IMG/VR virus record: IMGVR_UViG_3300045988_115074
Span: 64,001 to 128,000 of that record
Length of the DNA stretch: 64,000 nucleotides
Strand: one strand, 5' to 3'
From: a virus
Shown: one piece after another, positions 1-9,557 of the stretch
Layout: every line of letters begins with the position of its first letter
How positions within the stretch are numbered: position 1 is the stretch's first letter
The notes under the pieces: model-generated
Seen by the model: the letters and a program-made list of their open reading frames with translations, nothing else
Told to the model about the DNA's origin: nothing
Database searches by the model: none
Made by a program: the position numbers and the translations under genes

Positions 1-1199
1 AATGCAACGTGACTTACAGGAACTTCATTAGGGCCTACAGTGTTATTAATCACACGACTACGTAATTCCTCAAAGGTCAATGGGTCACGACCTTGGTTAA
101 CATAGTCTCTACTGAAGATAATAACACTATGTAAAGAAGTCAGCGCACTACTGAATTCATCTAGTTCACTGTAGTCACGATTTTTAGAACCTTGTGGGAA
201 GAAATCGTAGCTATATTGGTCTAGAGTATAGGCATCTAAGTTCATGTCTATCTTACCTAAGGTGGTATAGATGTTTAATTTAACACGACCACCTAATGAA
301 CCAGAAACCACAGGGCTTGCTGCTGGATTAGTTAGTTGGTTATAGACTTTAGGAATAGACATTGACAATGTAAAGTCTTCTGTATTCTCTACTAGCTTTA
401 ATACAGCGGTAGGTTTATATAAATCGTAAATATCAGGACAATGGGTAGTTGCCATCTCTTTCCATTTAGACACACCATCACCATGAAATACTCGTGCGTA
501 ATGGTAGAAGTCATCAAATGTCTTAGATAATGTAATATTCATGTTAGCAGTAATATTGTCTTCTACGGTAATCTCACGTACTTGAATCATCTCTAATACA
601 ATAGAAAGACGTTTAGCACCAGCCATTGCTTGAGATACTTCGTGATAAGCAATATTACTAGACAATGTTTGGATAGGTGATTTTTCAGTAGTATCGTAAG
701 TTACCCTAAAACCACCATGTTTCAATTGTAAGATATTAACTGGGTAATCTAACATAAAATCTACTTCACCTACAGTGATTCGCATTCCTCGTGGAATACG
801 TAATAGGTTACCACTACCATCAGGTAAAGGTTTTAATACTTGTAGGATTTCACCATAATCGAATGAAACAGCAAACTTAGCTTTAGCAGGTAAACCAAAT
901 ACACCTACCCAATCTAAATCACTTAAGTGGTAATATAAATCTTCATGTGTTTGAGCAGATACAGGATATTGTCTACGGTTTAATAACCATGCTTTATTTA
1001 CTGCACCTGCTGTTTGCATAGCTGACATTTCAAGACATAAAGCAACAGGGTTTTCTGCTGAAATAATACCGAGTTCATTGTCTAATACTTTTTGAATAGT
1101 CTTTAACGCATCTCGTTGCAATCTTGCTGGAGAAGCAGAATAGCTAGATACATTTTCTACAATATCCGAAATTAAATCGGCATGTATAGCTTCAGTCAT
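1..1199 (-). CDS. hypothetical protein, N-terminal 399 codons only (ORF runs off the window start); possibly virion-associated
   Basis: My translation from ATG at 1199 (MTEAIHADLISDIVENV...) stays open to position 1. RBS GAGGAA lies upstream. No competing ORF of 60 aa or more is listed in 1-1219. Confidence 0.7.
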   Translation of the reverse strand, partial: MTEAIHADLISDIVENVSSYSASPARLQRDALKTIQKVLDNELGIISAENPVALCLEMSAMQTAGAVNKAWLLNRRQYPVSAQTHEDLYYHLSDLDWVGVFGLPAKAKFAVSFDYGEILQVLKPLPDGSGNLLRIPRGMRITVGEVDFMLDYPVNILQLKHGGFRVTYDTTEKSPIQTLSSNIAYHEVSQAMAGAKRLSIVLEMIQVREITVEDNITANMNITLSKTFDDFYHYARVFHGDGVSKWKEMATTHCPDIYDLYKPTAVLKLVENTEDFTLSMSIPKVYNQLTNPAASPVVSGSLGGRVKLNIYTTLGKIDMNLDAYTLDQYSYDFFPQGSKNRDYSELDEFSSALTSLHSVIIFSRDYVNQGRDPLTFEELRSRVINNTVGPNEVPVSHVA

Positions 1200-1219
1200 T
1201 TTTTAATTCCTCTAATAAA

Positions 1220-2398
1220 TTAATAAGGACCAATATTACTTAACAGAATAATGTCTTTTTTGGCTTTTACCATATCCTTAGTCGTCCACCATTCTAGTTC
1301 ACGTGAAATAGGATTAATTCTAGGATAACAATAGTTATTAAATATTGGCTGGTATTTCTTAGATACTTTAACGTAGAATCTCTCACGTAATCCATTTGCC
1401 ATATTTGGATTAAATAATGTCACAGTATTATTAAATTGCTTAATTAAAATCTCATCCAAATAAATTGCACCAGAACAAGCAAACTCAACATCTACAGTTC
1501 TATCGATATAAGGTCTAGGATTATCACTTGGATTAGAATAATCGAAGTAAGGACCAATATCTACGCTTCTTGGAATCGCATATCCTGTCGCACCCATTTC
1601 TTCTACGAACGTTCGGGTCTCATCCATTATGAGGCGATAGATTCTACAAGTGTAGTCCATTCTGCCGTTACCTAAATACTCAGGCCATGGCATCATGCCA
1701 TATGTTTGATATAAGACAAAACCAATATATTGAATCCAATAGTAATACAGATATAAAGTAGCACTGCCTTTCATGGCGTGCAAACTTAAGTTTAAACTAT
1801 ATTCTGTATTATAGGTACTAGGGCCATCTGCCATGATGTGTACTTCTTTTAGAATACCAGCAGGGGTACTGTGAATACCTAGACCACTAGAAGGCCATCC
1901 TGTTAATGATTTTACTAAGTTATCAGAAACAGCAATAAAAGGATAATTTGGGTCAACCAGATTAGAACCAGGGTGACGTGGTAAATCACTTTTACCTAGT
2001 GAACCACCATATTCTATTTGTTCCATTCTTTTTGCTAAACGAGGTGATAGAATCATTCGTATAGCGTGCATGAGCGAATTCTTATTCGCTGTTAATAATG
2101 GCATCATCTTTCTTTCAATTTTAATATTGTCGGAAGATAAGTTTAAATCTGGACGAGTAGTAAAGATATAACCTGGTTGATTGGTATTTGGTTTAATCAT
2201 GGGTGTGTTAGCAAGAATGTTAGGACCTTTAAAGGTATCTGCCATTGCACTTGACACACTAAACCCGTGTTTCATTTTTACAAGATGGTCTATAAAATCA
2301 ACGGTATTGGTAAGAAATTTTTCGGAAAGTCCTGTTAGCCTACCTTCGCGTAGTTCTTGCTCTAAGAACTTTTCGACACTATGTTGAGAATCTGACAT
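1220..2398 (-). CDS. hypothetical protein (392 aa)
   Basis: Long ORF. I prefer the internal ATG at 2398 (MSDSQHSVEKF...), preceded by AAAGG, because the listed start at 2482 overlaps the divergent gene at 2436. Confidence 0.75.
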   Translation of the reverse strand: MSDSQHSVEKFLEQELREGRLTGLSEKFLTNTVDFIDHLVKMKHGFSVSSAMADTFKGPNILANTPMIKPNTNQPGYIFTTRPDLNLSSDNIKIERKMMPLLTANKNSLMHAIRMILSPRLAKRMEQIEYGGSLGKSDLPRHPGSNLVDPNYPFIAVSDNLVKSLTGWPSSGLGIHSTPAGILKEVHIMADGPSTYNTEYSLNLSLHAMKGSATLYLYYYWIQYIGFVLYQTYGMMPWPEYLGNGRMDYTCRIYRLIMDETRTFVEEMGATGYAIPRSVDIGPYFDYSNPSDNPRPYIDRTVDVEFACSGAIYLDEILIKQFNNTVTLFNPNMANGLRERFYVKVSKKYQPIFNNYCYPRINPISRELEWWTTKDMVKAKKDIILLSNIGPY

Positions 2399-2435
2399 TT
2401 TATTTTTAACCTTTCTATCTAAAAAGGAATTCGTT

Positions 2436-3689
2436 ATGGATATTGCAAATATGGGTATGACCGCTGTAAGCGCAATCGGCAATCAGCTTAAAGCAAATGC
2501 TGCTAAAATGATTGCGTCTGATTATAACAGCGCCACTTCAAAATCATTATCACAATACACTACAGAATTACAATTACGACCTACGTTTGCTATTGAGACA
2601 GAGTTGCTTAATGACTCGAATATGTCTACATTAATTCAGACAGGTCTAGCAAACTACGCAGGCTATTATATTGTTGCTTTGTCCATTGATAATACTATCA
2701 ATGGTGTAAGCATTGGTAAAGCTCTGGGTAAATACTCACCTACACGCGATGCGACAGGTGAGGCTGTTCGTTTAATGGGTCAAACAGTAGCTACTGTCTC
2801 CACATCTTCATATAAACCGGTCATCGTAAGTGGCAATACCACATTGTCTACATTAAGTAATAAAATTAGTGTACCAGCCATGATTCCAGATTTACCTAGC
2901 AAATATTTGGCTAAATTAGAGGTATCTACTGAAGCCACTTATCAGCAAGTGAACATAGAAGGTGAATTCGAAGATATTGCAAGTAATGTATTTAACCATC
3001 GTGAAAGTTCCGTTACTTCTGCTAATACTGATGTGTCTGAAGAGATTAATAAATTAGCTAACTTAGCAGCTGGTCGTATTTTAACAGTAGATGTATCACG
3101 TGAAAAAGCTAAAGCTACAGTAAATATCTTGTTAAAACCAGAATTGAAATCTATTCGTTCTAACATGTTAGTTGAGATTGCAGGTATTACTAAGAAACCT
3201 AAATCCATGCGTGAGCGTTTAATTGCTTACTTCGACCGTGGTACCATTAATTCTGCTTTTGACTTATTGGTTTGCCGTGATTTGGTTGAAGCACACCGTC
3301 GTAATCTAGTAGAAGATACCACTGGCTATTACGAGAAAACACATAACCGCAATGTAAATAATAAAACAGCAGCTATGTTAACAGGTGAGTTCTCAGTAGG
3401 TACTGTTGCTAATACTTGGATTATCTCCGATGCCACACGTACACGCATTCAAGCAACTATCGGTGCTAAATTGGATAACAAACGTGCCCGTGATAAATTC
3501 TTCGAAGAATCAGGTATCATGACCCTGATTGTTTATAATCAAGACTACCAACGTATTTTCATTTACAACCACGGTATTGACGATGTATCTGAAATTTCTA
3601 TGAACTATCTTGAGAAGAAAGCTAAATCTGATTCATTTGACATGGATGTATTCAAAATGCTTTCCCAAGGTTCTGCACCTATTATTTAA
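2436..3689 (+). CDS. hypothetical protein (417 aa), likely structural
   Basis: Long ORF with RBS AAAGGAA 7 nt upstream; tightly spaced with the following genes. Confidence 0.8.
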   Translation: MDIANMGMTAVSAIGNQLKANAAKMIASDYNSATSKSLSQYTTELQLRPTFAIETELLNDSNMSTLIQTGLANYAGYYIVALSIDNTINGVSIGKALGKYSPTRDATGEAVRLMGQTVATVSTSSYKPVIVSGNTTLSTLSNKISVPAMIPDLPSKYLAKLEVSTEATYQQVNIEGEFEDIASNVFNHRESSVTSANTDVSEEINKLANLAAGRILTVDVSREKAKATVNILLKPELKSIRSNMLVEIAGITKKPKSMRERLIAYFDRGTINSAFDLLVCRDLVEAHRRNLVEDTTGYYEKTHNRNVNNKTAAMLTGEFSVGTVANTWIISDATRTRIQATIGAKLDNKRARDKFFEESGIMTLIVYNQDYQRIFIYNHGIDDVSEISMNYLEKKAKSDSFDMDVFKMLSQGSAPII

Positions 3690-3703
3690 AAAGGATATTT
3701 AAC

Positions 3704-4618
3704 ATGTTTGGTAATATTTTAAATAGTTTATTGAATACCTTTAAGTCTGACGATATTTCAGATACACTGATTGATACCCGTAATCGTATCCGTGATGGTG
3801 CCCTTGAAGTGGTACAAAGCTGTATTCAAGATACCCAAAATGTAGACTTCAGTAAAAACATGGAATATAAGTCTACTTTAGCTGCAATTCATCGTAACTA
3901 TCCACGTGGTACTGCGAAACTGGAATTGTTCCAAGCTTATGGTTTAATCTTAAATAACTGTGATAAACATCTAGATGAGTTGATTGGTTTAGTAACCAAA
4001 TACTTTACCAAAACAGTAGATAAAGATTCCATGACTTATGCTCGTGGTCAAATCATGGCTTTGGGTAAGACAATTGATTTCGTAGGTGATTTTATTCCTA
4101 AACACTGCCGTTATGTTATTGTTAAACAAAACGAACTAGCAGGTGGTTTGAAAGCTGAAAAAGTAATCTCACGTGGGCAAATCAACTACATTAAAGAAAA
4201 CACTGTAGAGTTTTACAAAGCATTGGTTTCTTTAGCCAGTATTAATATTGGTGAAATTGAGAAGATGTTAAAAGAGATTCCTGATGTAGTCATCAGTGAA
4301 GATGGTGCTGAAACAAAAATGTTTAAACAACATAAGCTAGACCCATCTGGTACTTTGAATAACTTCTTATCTGCTTCGACTAACCCATTCTATTATATTG
4401 GTATGGCAATTGTAGATTATCAACACAACAAATATAAATTGGCTAAAGAAGAAGTAGAATCTATTAAGATTGAATTAGAAGCCATGAATAGCCAATTGGC
4501 TAATGGTCAGGTAGACGCTTATACTGAACGCCAACGTGACCTGGCTATTGAGCGTATGCAGAAGTTAGAGTATCAGATTTCTAAATACGAAGAAAAAGCA
4601 CGAAATACCAAATACTAA
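3704..4618 (+). CDS. hypothetical protein (304 aa), coiled-coil C-terminus
   Basis: ORF with RBS AAAGGA; starts 14 nt after the upstream stop. Confidence 0.8.
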   Translation: MFGNILNSLLNTFKSDDISDTLIDTRNRIRDGALEVVQSCIQDTQNVDFSKNMEYKSTLAAIHRNYPRGTAKLELFQAYGLILNNCDKHLDELIGLVTKYFTKTVDKDSMTYARGQIMALGKTIDFVGDFIPKHCRYVIVKQNELAGGLKAEKVISRGQINYIKENTVEFYKALVSLASINIGEIEKMLKEIPDVVISEDGAETKMFKQHKLDPSGTLNNFLSASTNPFYYIGMAIVDYQHNKYKLAKEEVESIKIELEAMNSQLANGQVDAYTERQRDLAIERMQKLEYQISKYEEKARNTKY

Positions 4619-4632
4619 GAAAGGAATAACAA

Positions 4633-5409
4633 ATGAATATTCAAGAAAAGAAAGTCATTTATATTCCACGTAAACAGTATCCACTAAATAAAAGAAATAC
4701 CTGTGCGGATGATAATGTCCGTTGTTTCCCAGTAGACAATACTCATTCCACTTATGGTTTGGTTTATAATGCTCTTTACGAGATTGAACAAGATACTAAG
4801 AAATACAATGGTTATAATCAACCTAATACTGTTTGTAATGGTAAAGGCCCTGGTATTGTATTTCTAAATGGTATTGGTGATGTTGACATGGTTTATCAAA
4901 CCTATACTCGACATCCAGATTGGTTTAAAGGTAGTTCTTTAGAAGCACTGAAAAACCGTGAGACTGTTTACAACCTTACTTATAATCTATTAAGTAGTGA
5001 CTGGTATAATCTGTTAAGTAACTACGCTTCTACTGGTAAATTGGGTTATAATGAATTCATGGCATTTGCTGATGCCCTAAAAGAAATCGGTATTGTTCGT
5101 CAACCTAAAGACAAACCAAGATATTCATTGAAACAACATTCTCGTCGTCAAGATGAATTTTATACTGAACATCAAATTACTCATTTTGAACTTGGTTCTA
5201 TTATTAAGTATGTTCCAGAATTACATGGTAATTTTGATGACATTGTATTTGGTGAACCGAATAAAATCAATACTGCTAATCTGATTCGCCATTGTATCGG
5301 CTTTGGCGGTATTGGTTATTTGGTTGAATTGTTAAAAGTACTGTATGGTACTCGAACTATCGTAGGTTCTGGCCCTTATAATTTACTATTAAGTAAAGGT
5401 AGAGAATAA
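4633..5409 (+). CDS. hypothetical protein (258 aa)
   Basis: ORF with RBS AAAGGAA. Confidence 0.8.
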   Translation: MNIQEKKVIYIPRKQYPLNKRNTCADDNVRCFPVDNTHSTYGLVYNALYEIEQDTKKYNGYNQPNTVCNGKGPGIVFLNGIGDVDMVYQTYTRHPDWFKGSSLEALKNRETVYNLTYNLLSSDWYNLLSNYASTGKLGYNEFMAFADALKEIGIVRQPKDKPRYSLKQHSRRQDEFYTEHQITHFELGSIIKYVPELHGNFDDIVFGEPNKINTANLIRHCIGFGGIGYLVELLKVLYGTRTIVGSGPYNLLLSKGRE

Positions 5410-5476
5410 TGGAAAATGATTATATGTTACTAGGTACACGCCTAGTGGTTAAGAAATAAGTTAAAAGGAAAATAAA

Positions 5477-7030
5477 ATGAGTTTATTTGATTTGTCTTTT
5501 GAAGAAGATAAAAGCATGGTAACTTCTGGTGTAGAAGGTGAATATGAAGAACCAGAAGAAGTACACCCAGAAGCAGCCGGTGCTGAAGGCGAACAAGTTG
5601 AACATCTGTCACGTGTATTGAATACTATTGATTCATTAGAGTCTGCTCGTGTAACATGTTTAAACATGAAACAAAATGAAGCAGAATATTCTATTGAAAG
5701 TATCCGTAATTTTGGTCAAACTATTTCTGAACGTATTACATTAGCATATCAAACAAACGGTTTGAAAGAAGAATTCCCTGTACATATTTCTACAGAATCT
5801 TTCTCTACATTACATGGTTCTCGTAATGCCATTACACTGGCACTAGAAGAATTGGATGGCCGTATCCTTGGTCTGTCTACAGAAGCTAACCATTTCTTTG
5901 CGCGCTTCTGGCGTAATACTAAAGAATTCTTTGGTCATGAGTTTAACCGTATTGAACGTATTAAAGACGATATCAAAACTTTGATTAACGAAATTGAACA
6001 ACACGGTGATTTCAATGATTCTGGTAGCTTGATTGTTAAAAATGGTTCTGCTTTGACCATTGATGGTAAATTGGCAATGGATAAAGTAGTAGCTAATGTA
6101 GCTGAAGGTGTGAAGAACCAGTTTGGTAATGGTCAATTCATGGAAGACTATTTCTCTGAACTTCAAAAATCTTGCCAGTTCTTTAATTCAACAAACTGGA
6201 GTGATGGTAAGAGTGTTGCTGCTAACATGGAGAGAAAAAACTTCTTCAAATTAGGTCGTCCTTTTAAAGAAGTATCTCGTGGTGATCGTAAGTTCAATAA
6301 TTACGAATGGGAAATTTCTGATTTGAACTCGATGATTGTTCCAATGCCTAAAGGTAGTGATTCACTGATTCCTAGTCATCCTTATTCTGATCAAAATAAA
6401 ACACGTACAGAACTCTCTGGTAAAGCTGCTACTAAGAGTTCAGCCGATAGACAGCTACCTTATATTGGTAAACAACAATTATTGAAAAACCTAAATACTT
6501 TCTTAAATTGTTTAAATGATTTACCAGATGCAAATCAATTTAACACATTGACTTCCAATATGAAAAAACGTATTGAACAATTGGTTAAAATGAATATGTC
6601 ATTGAAAAATCATCAACGCGATAGCACTGATTGGAATAGTGATGATTGGGAAGCTTTAGCTGGTTCCGTAGCCTTTCCAGCAATTATCTTTATCTTATTA
6701 GGTCCAGCTGGTATTTTAGGTTTAACCGCAGGACGAGCTATTAATACAATCTCAAATCTGATAAGTCATGTTACATCTGATGATGCTCAACAAAATATTG
6801 TTCGAAATACTACTCAAGAAATGGGTGGCTTTGCACGTGGTGCTACACATGGTATCGAGCATACACTTATCAACGGTTTGTTCTTGAAAAAGTATACCAA
6901 TTCGTTTGAGAATAAAGTTACCTTATTCTTTATTGGTACCTATCGAGAATTGTATACTGTTATTAAATCAACAGCGAATGCTTTGTTGAGCTATGGTTAC
7001 TCTTCTATTGGTAAATCCAATAAGCACTAA
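5477..7030 (+). CDS. acidic-N-terminus head/scaffold-like protein, paralog of 9558..11132
   Basis: Starts MSLFD like 9558, with an acidic N-terminal region, an STE-SF motif at aa 105-109 and a hydrophobic G/A-rich segment near aa 395-420. A 15-bp-stem terminator follows. Confidence 0.8.
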   Translation: MSLFDLSFEEDKSMVTSGVEGEYEEPEEVHPEAAGAEGEQVEHLSRVLNTIDSLESARVTCLNMKQNEAEYSIESIRNFGQTISERITLAYQTNGLKEEFPVHISTESFSTLHGSRNAITLALEELDGRILGLSTEANHFFARFWRNTKEFFGHEFNRIERIKDDIKTLINEIEQHGDFNDSGSLIVKNGSALTIDGKLAMDKVVANVAEGVKNQFGNGQFMEDYFSELQKSCQFFNSTNWSDGKSVAANMERKNFFKLGRPFKEVSRGDRKFNNYEWEISDLNSMIVPMPKGSDSLIPSHPYSDQNKTRTELSGKAATKSSADRQLPYIGKQQLLKNLNTFLNCLNDLPDANQFNTLTSNMKKRIEQLVKMNMSLKNHQRDSTDWNSDDWEALAGSVAFPAIIFILLGPAGILGLTAGRAINTISNLISHVTSDDAQQNIVRNTTQEMGGFARGATHGIEHTLINGLFLKKYTNSFENKVTLFFIGTYRELYTVIKSTANALLSYGYSSIGKSNKH

Positions 7031-7043
7031 TAACTAATATATT

Positions 7044-7084
7044 TAGATACTACACGGATATCCGTGTAGTATCTATTTATTATT
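7044..7084 (+). terminator. intrinsic terminator
   Basis: Near-perfect palindrome tagatactacacgga / tccgtgtagtatcta, then a T-rich tail. Confidence 0.8.
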
Positions 7085-7131
7085 ATGTCTTAATGTATTT
7101 TAGATTTTTTCAAACATATACTACTATAGTG
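7074..7131 (+). repeat. 58-bp intergenic repeat, copy 1 (terminator tail plus promoter)
   Basis: Identical to 11184..11241 except for one base (by-eye alignment). Confidence 0.85.
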
Positions 7132-7151
7132 GAAAGAGAGAGGAATCTTTC
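7108..7151 (+). promoter_or_regulatory. consensus phage promoter core plus leader hairpin (P1)
   Basis: tttcaaacatatactactatagtg, then gaaaga/tctttc hairpin. Confidence 0.6.
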
Positions 7152-7196
7152 TAATTTAATTCTTTCAACAAACAAACAAACTTAAGGAGTATTACC

Positions 7197-7754
7197 ATGT
7201 TCTTGACATTAAACGTATCTAAAGAAGTTTTCATTAAATGGATGGAAGTAGCAAAAGCTACACGTGAAGCTGACAACTTCTACGACACACCGCATGGTCG
7301 TAGATACATTTCTGGTGAAATCTTCCCATCAATCGTTACACGTGTAACTAAGTTTTACAATCGTGAGGATAACGAGGTAAAGTGCGGTTGGGTTACTAAC
7401 GACGATGTAGCACAATACACCACCTGTGGTGGTAATGTGTGGGGTATGCGTAAAGACGACGAATCTTTCATCGCCTATTTTGCTGGTCGACGCAGTCGTG
7501 TTCGCGACTTTATCGATATGATGAAAGATAGCGACCCTTCTTTCAAGAAGGAAGCTGCTAACATCATCATTCATGAGTCTGCCGCACCATCAGACATGCG
7601 CTGGTGGGAAATCAAGGACGAATATCTTGCTCGTAAAGAGCAAGAGAAAGTTGTTGCTAAAGAACGTGCAGAAAAAGCACGTATCCGCAGCAACCGCAAA
7701 TTCGCCCAAGAGAATAATCCCTTTGTAGTATTGAAAGGGGTTGTAAAAGGATAA
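7197..7754 (+). CDS. hypothetical protein (185 aa), high-expression codon usage
   Basis: Consensus promoter plus hairpin upstream, a CAAA-repeat leader and an AAGGAG SD. CTG/CGT-rich codons; terminator downstream. Confidence 0.85.
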   Translation: MFLTLNVSKEVFIKWMEVAKATREADNFYDTPHGRRYISGEIFPSIVTRVTKFYNREDNEVKCGWVTNDDVAQYTTCGGNVWGMRKDDESFIAYFAGRRSRVRDFIDMMKDSDPSFKKEAANIIIHESAAPSDMRWWEIKDEYLARKEQEKVVAKERAEKARIRSNRKFAQENNPFVVLKGVVKG

Positions 7755-7758
7755 GGAT

Positions 7759-7798
7759 AATAGAGTAGGTAGAGCCATTCGGCTCTACCTACTCTATT
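7759..7798. terminator. bidirectional terminator between convergent genes
   Basis: 18-bp stem aatagagtaggtagagcc / ggctctacctactctatt, loop attc. Confidence 0.8.
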
Positions 7799-7814
7799 TC
7801 TACCTTTTCTTTTT

Positions 7815-8390
7815 TTAATCTAATTTAGGTAAATGGCCTTTTTCAGTAGCCTTCTTTAAGTAAGACATAAATTTCTTACCTGTTAACCAAACATCTTTAT
7901 CACGTTTTGCAGCTTTCTCATATAGCTTTTTAGGTAAGATGTTTTTAAAGCATTTAATCATTTCAGATTTATCCAAATGGTTACCATAGTCTTTAATATC
8001 ACTGGCTTTACCAAACATACCGGAAAATGACGTATGAATCATGATAGTGGAATCTGGATTGACATCGTACTTACAAGCCAATGGTAGCAATTGTGTAAAG
8101 ATAACAATGGCTGCTGAACAAGCTTGGCCAGTAATATACAACTCCAGACATCCACCTTTCTTACTATACTCTTGGATATAGTAAATAATCTCATTCATGA
8201 TGTGTACATAACCACCAGGAGAATTGATAAAAAGTTTAAGTGTTGTATTATTAGGGTGTTCTGTAACAATACGTAAGTCATTTAAGAATTCTTTCTGTGT
8301 ATTTTCGTAGATTTCACCAGAAAGATAAAGAGAATAGGTTTTAGCTACAGTGTGTTTAATAATGGTGTTAGATAATTCTAATCCTGCCAT
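7815..8390 (-). CDS. ClpP-family (S14) serine protease
   Basis: ClpP-like motifs NSPGGYV, GQACSAA (Ser nucleophile context) and IMIHTS (His), with ClpP-like spacing. Confidence 0.75.
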   Translation of the reverse strand: MAGLELSNTIIKHTVAKTYSLYLSGEIYENTQKEFLNDLRIVTEHPNNTTLKLFINSPGGYVHIMNEIIYYIQEYSKKGGCLELYITGQACSAAIVIFTQLLPLACKYDVNPDSTIMIHTSFSGMFGKASDIKDYGNHLDKSEMIKCFKNILPKKLYEKAAKRDKDVWLTGKKFMSYLKKATEKGHLPKLD

Positions 8391-8401
8391 TTTTAATTTC
8401 C

Positions 8402-8854
8402 TTATTTAAAGACAATTTCAGTAATACTTTTGTCTATGTTTGTTGTATAATATATTTTTTTACTACCTAATTCTAAGTCATTGTAAATTCTATCTAAGAT
8501 AAGTTCCCTAAAACCTAATTTACAATAACAGCCATTTTCTTGTAACATGGTAGAAATTTTAAAATCAAACAATTGTGAAATCTTACCATCTTTATTTTCA
8601 CCAAAGAATGTAAGTACATCGTTTTTATTGAAGTCAGTAATATACTCACCTTGTTCTTCTGAAAAACGACAGAACATGGTTGAAAACCAACCAAAACTAA
8701 TTGAATCTATTTTTCTAGATTTAAAAAGTTCAGTTAAATAACTTTCGTATTCACCTATTGCTTTATTTAATTCGTCAGTTTTCTCTTTGATAGATTCTTC
8801 CAAATCTTTTATCTTAGTAAAAAGACTATTAATTTTATCTTTAGTTTCCATCAT
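8402..8854 (-). CDS. hypothetical protein (150 aa), N-terminal coiled coil
   Basis: ORF with RBS AAGGA; same minus-strand operon as the ClpP-like gene. Confidence 0.75.
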   Translation of the reverse strand: MMETKDKINSLFTKIKDLEESIKEKTDELNKAIGEYESYLTELFKSRKIDSISFGWFSTMFCRFSEEQGEYITDFNKNDVLTFFGENKDGKISQLFDFKISTMLQENGCYCKLGFRELILDRIYNDLELGSKKIYYTTNIDKSITEIVFK

Positions 8855-8861
8855 CTAATCC

Positions 8862-9365
8862 TTAATCTACAATCTTTATTTTAAGTAAATCTTGTAAAGA
8901 CCCAACAAGTGTAATGTTACTTGTATCTACATTAAATTCTTTATTTGAAATAAATCCTTTAATGTAATAAAGACTACTTCCATTAGAATCATCAAGCATG
9001 GTTTTAATCTTATTACATACAAATTCGTATAGTTCAAAATTATCTTTGTAATCAGGTAATTCAGAACATTTAATTACATTTACCATAGTCAGTACTTCAC
9101 CAACAAAGTTATAAAAATAGAAGATACTGTTAGGTTGATCCACTCTAGCATCAGCAATTAATGTAGCCACATTAGTATAACTTACTGACGCCCTAATTGA
9201 TTTAATACCATTCCACTGAATAGTTTTAAAATTTAGTATAGATTCAATCTTTTTATCATTTTGTTTAAGTTCCGTTTTTGTTCTTATAATTTCATCTTCT
9301 AAGAAATTATTTTCATCTATTAGATAATCAGGAATGAGTTTTTCATCTAATTCATTTATTTCCAT
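8862..9365 (-). CDS. hypothetical protein (167 aa)
   Basis: ORF with RBS AAAGGAA; first gene of the minus-strand three-gene module. Confidence 0.75.
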   Translation of the reverse strand: MEINELDEKLIPDYLIDENNFLEDEIIRTKTELKQNDKKIESILNFKTIQWNGIKSIRASVSYTNVATLIADARVDQPNSIFYFYNFVGEVLTMVNVIKCSELPDYKDNFELYEFVCNKIKTMLDDSNGSSLYYIKGFISNKEFNVDTSNITLVGSLQDLLKIKIVD

Positions 9366-9557
9366 TTTAGTTTCCTTTTATAAAAACACTAGTGTTAGTA
9401 AAATACTACTTATATATGGTAAATAGCTAAAGTATTATTTTCTGTTAAGTACGTTATACCGAAACGTATTTTAACTCTATGCTAATAATACTTTAAAAGA
9501 TTCTGAGTAAAACAAATTCCAAACAAATTTATTTTACTAGTTAAAAAAGGATTTATT

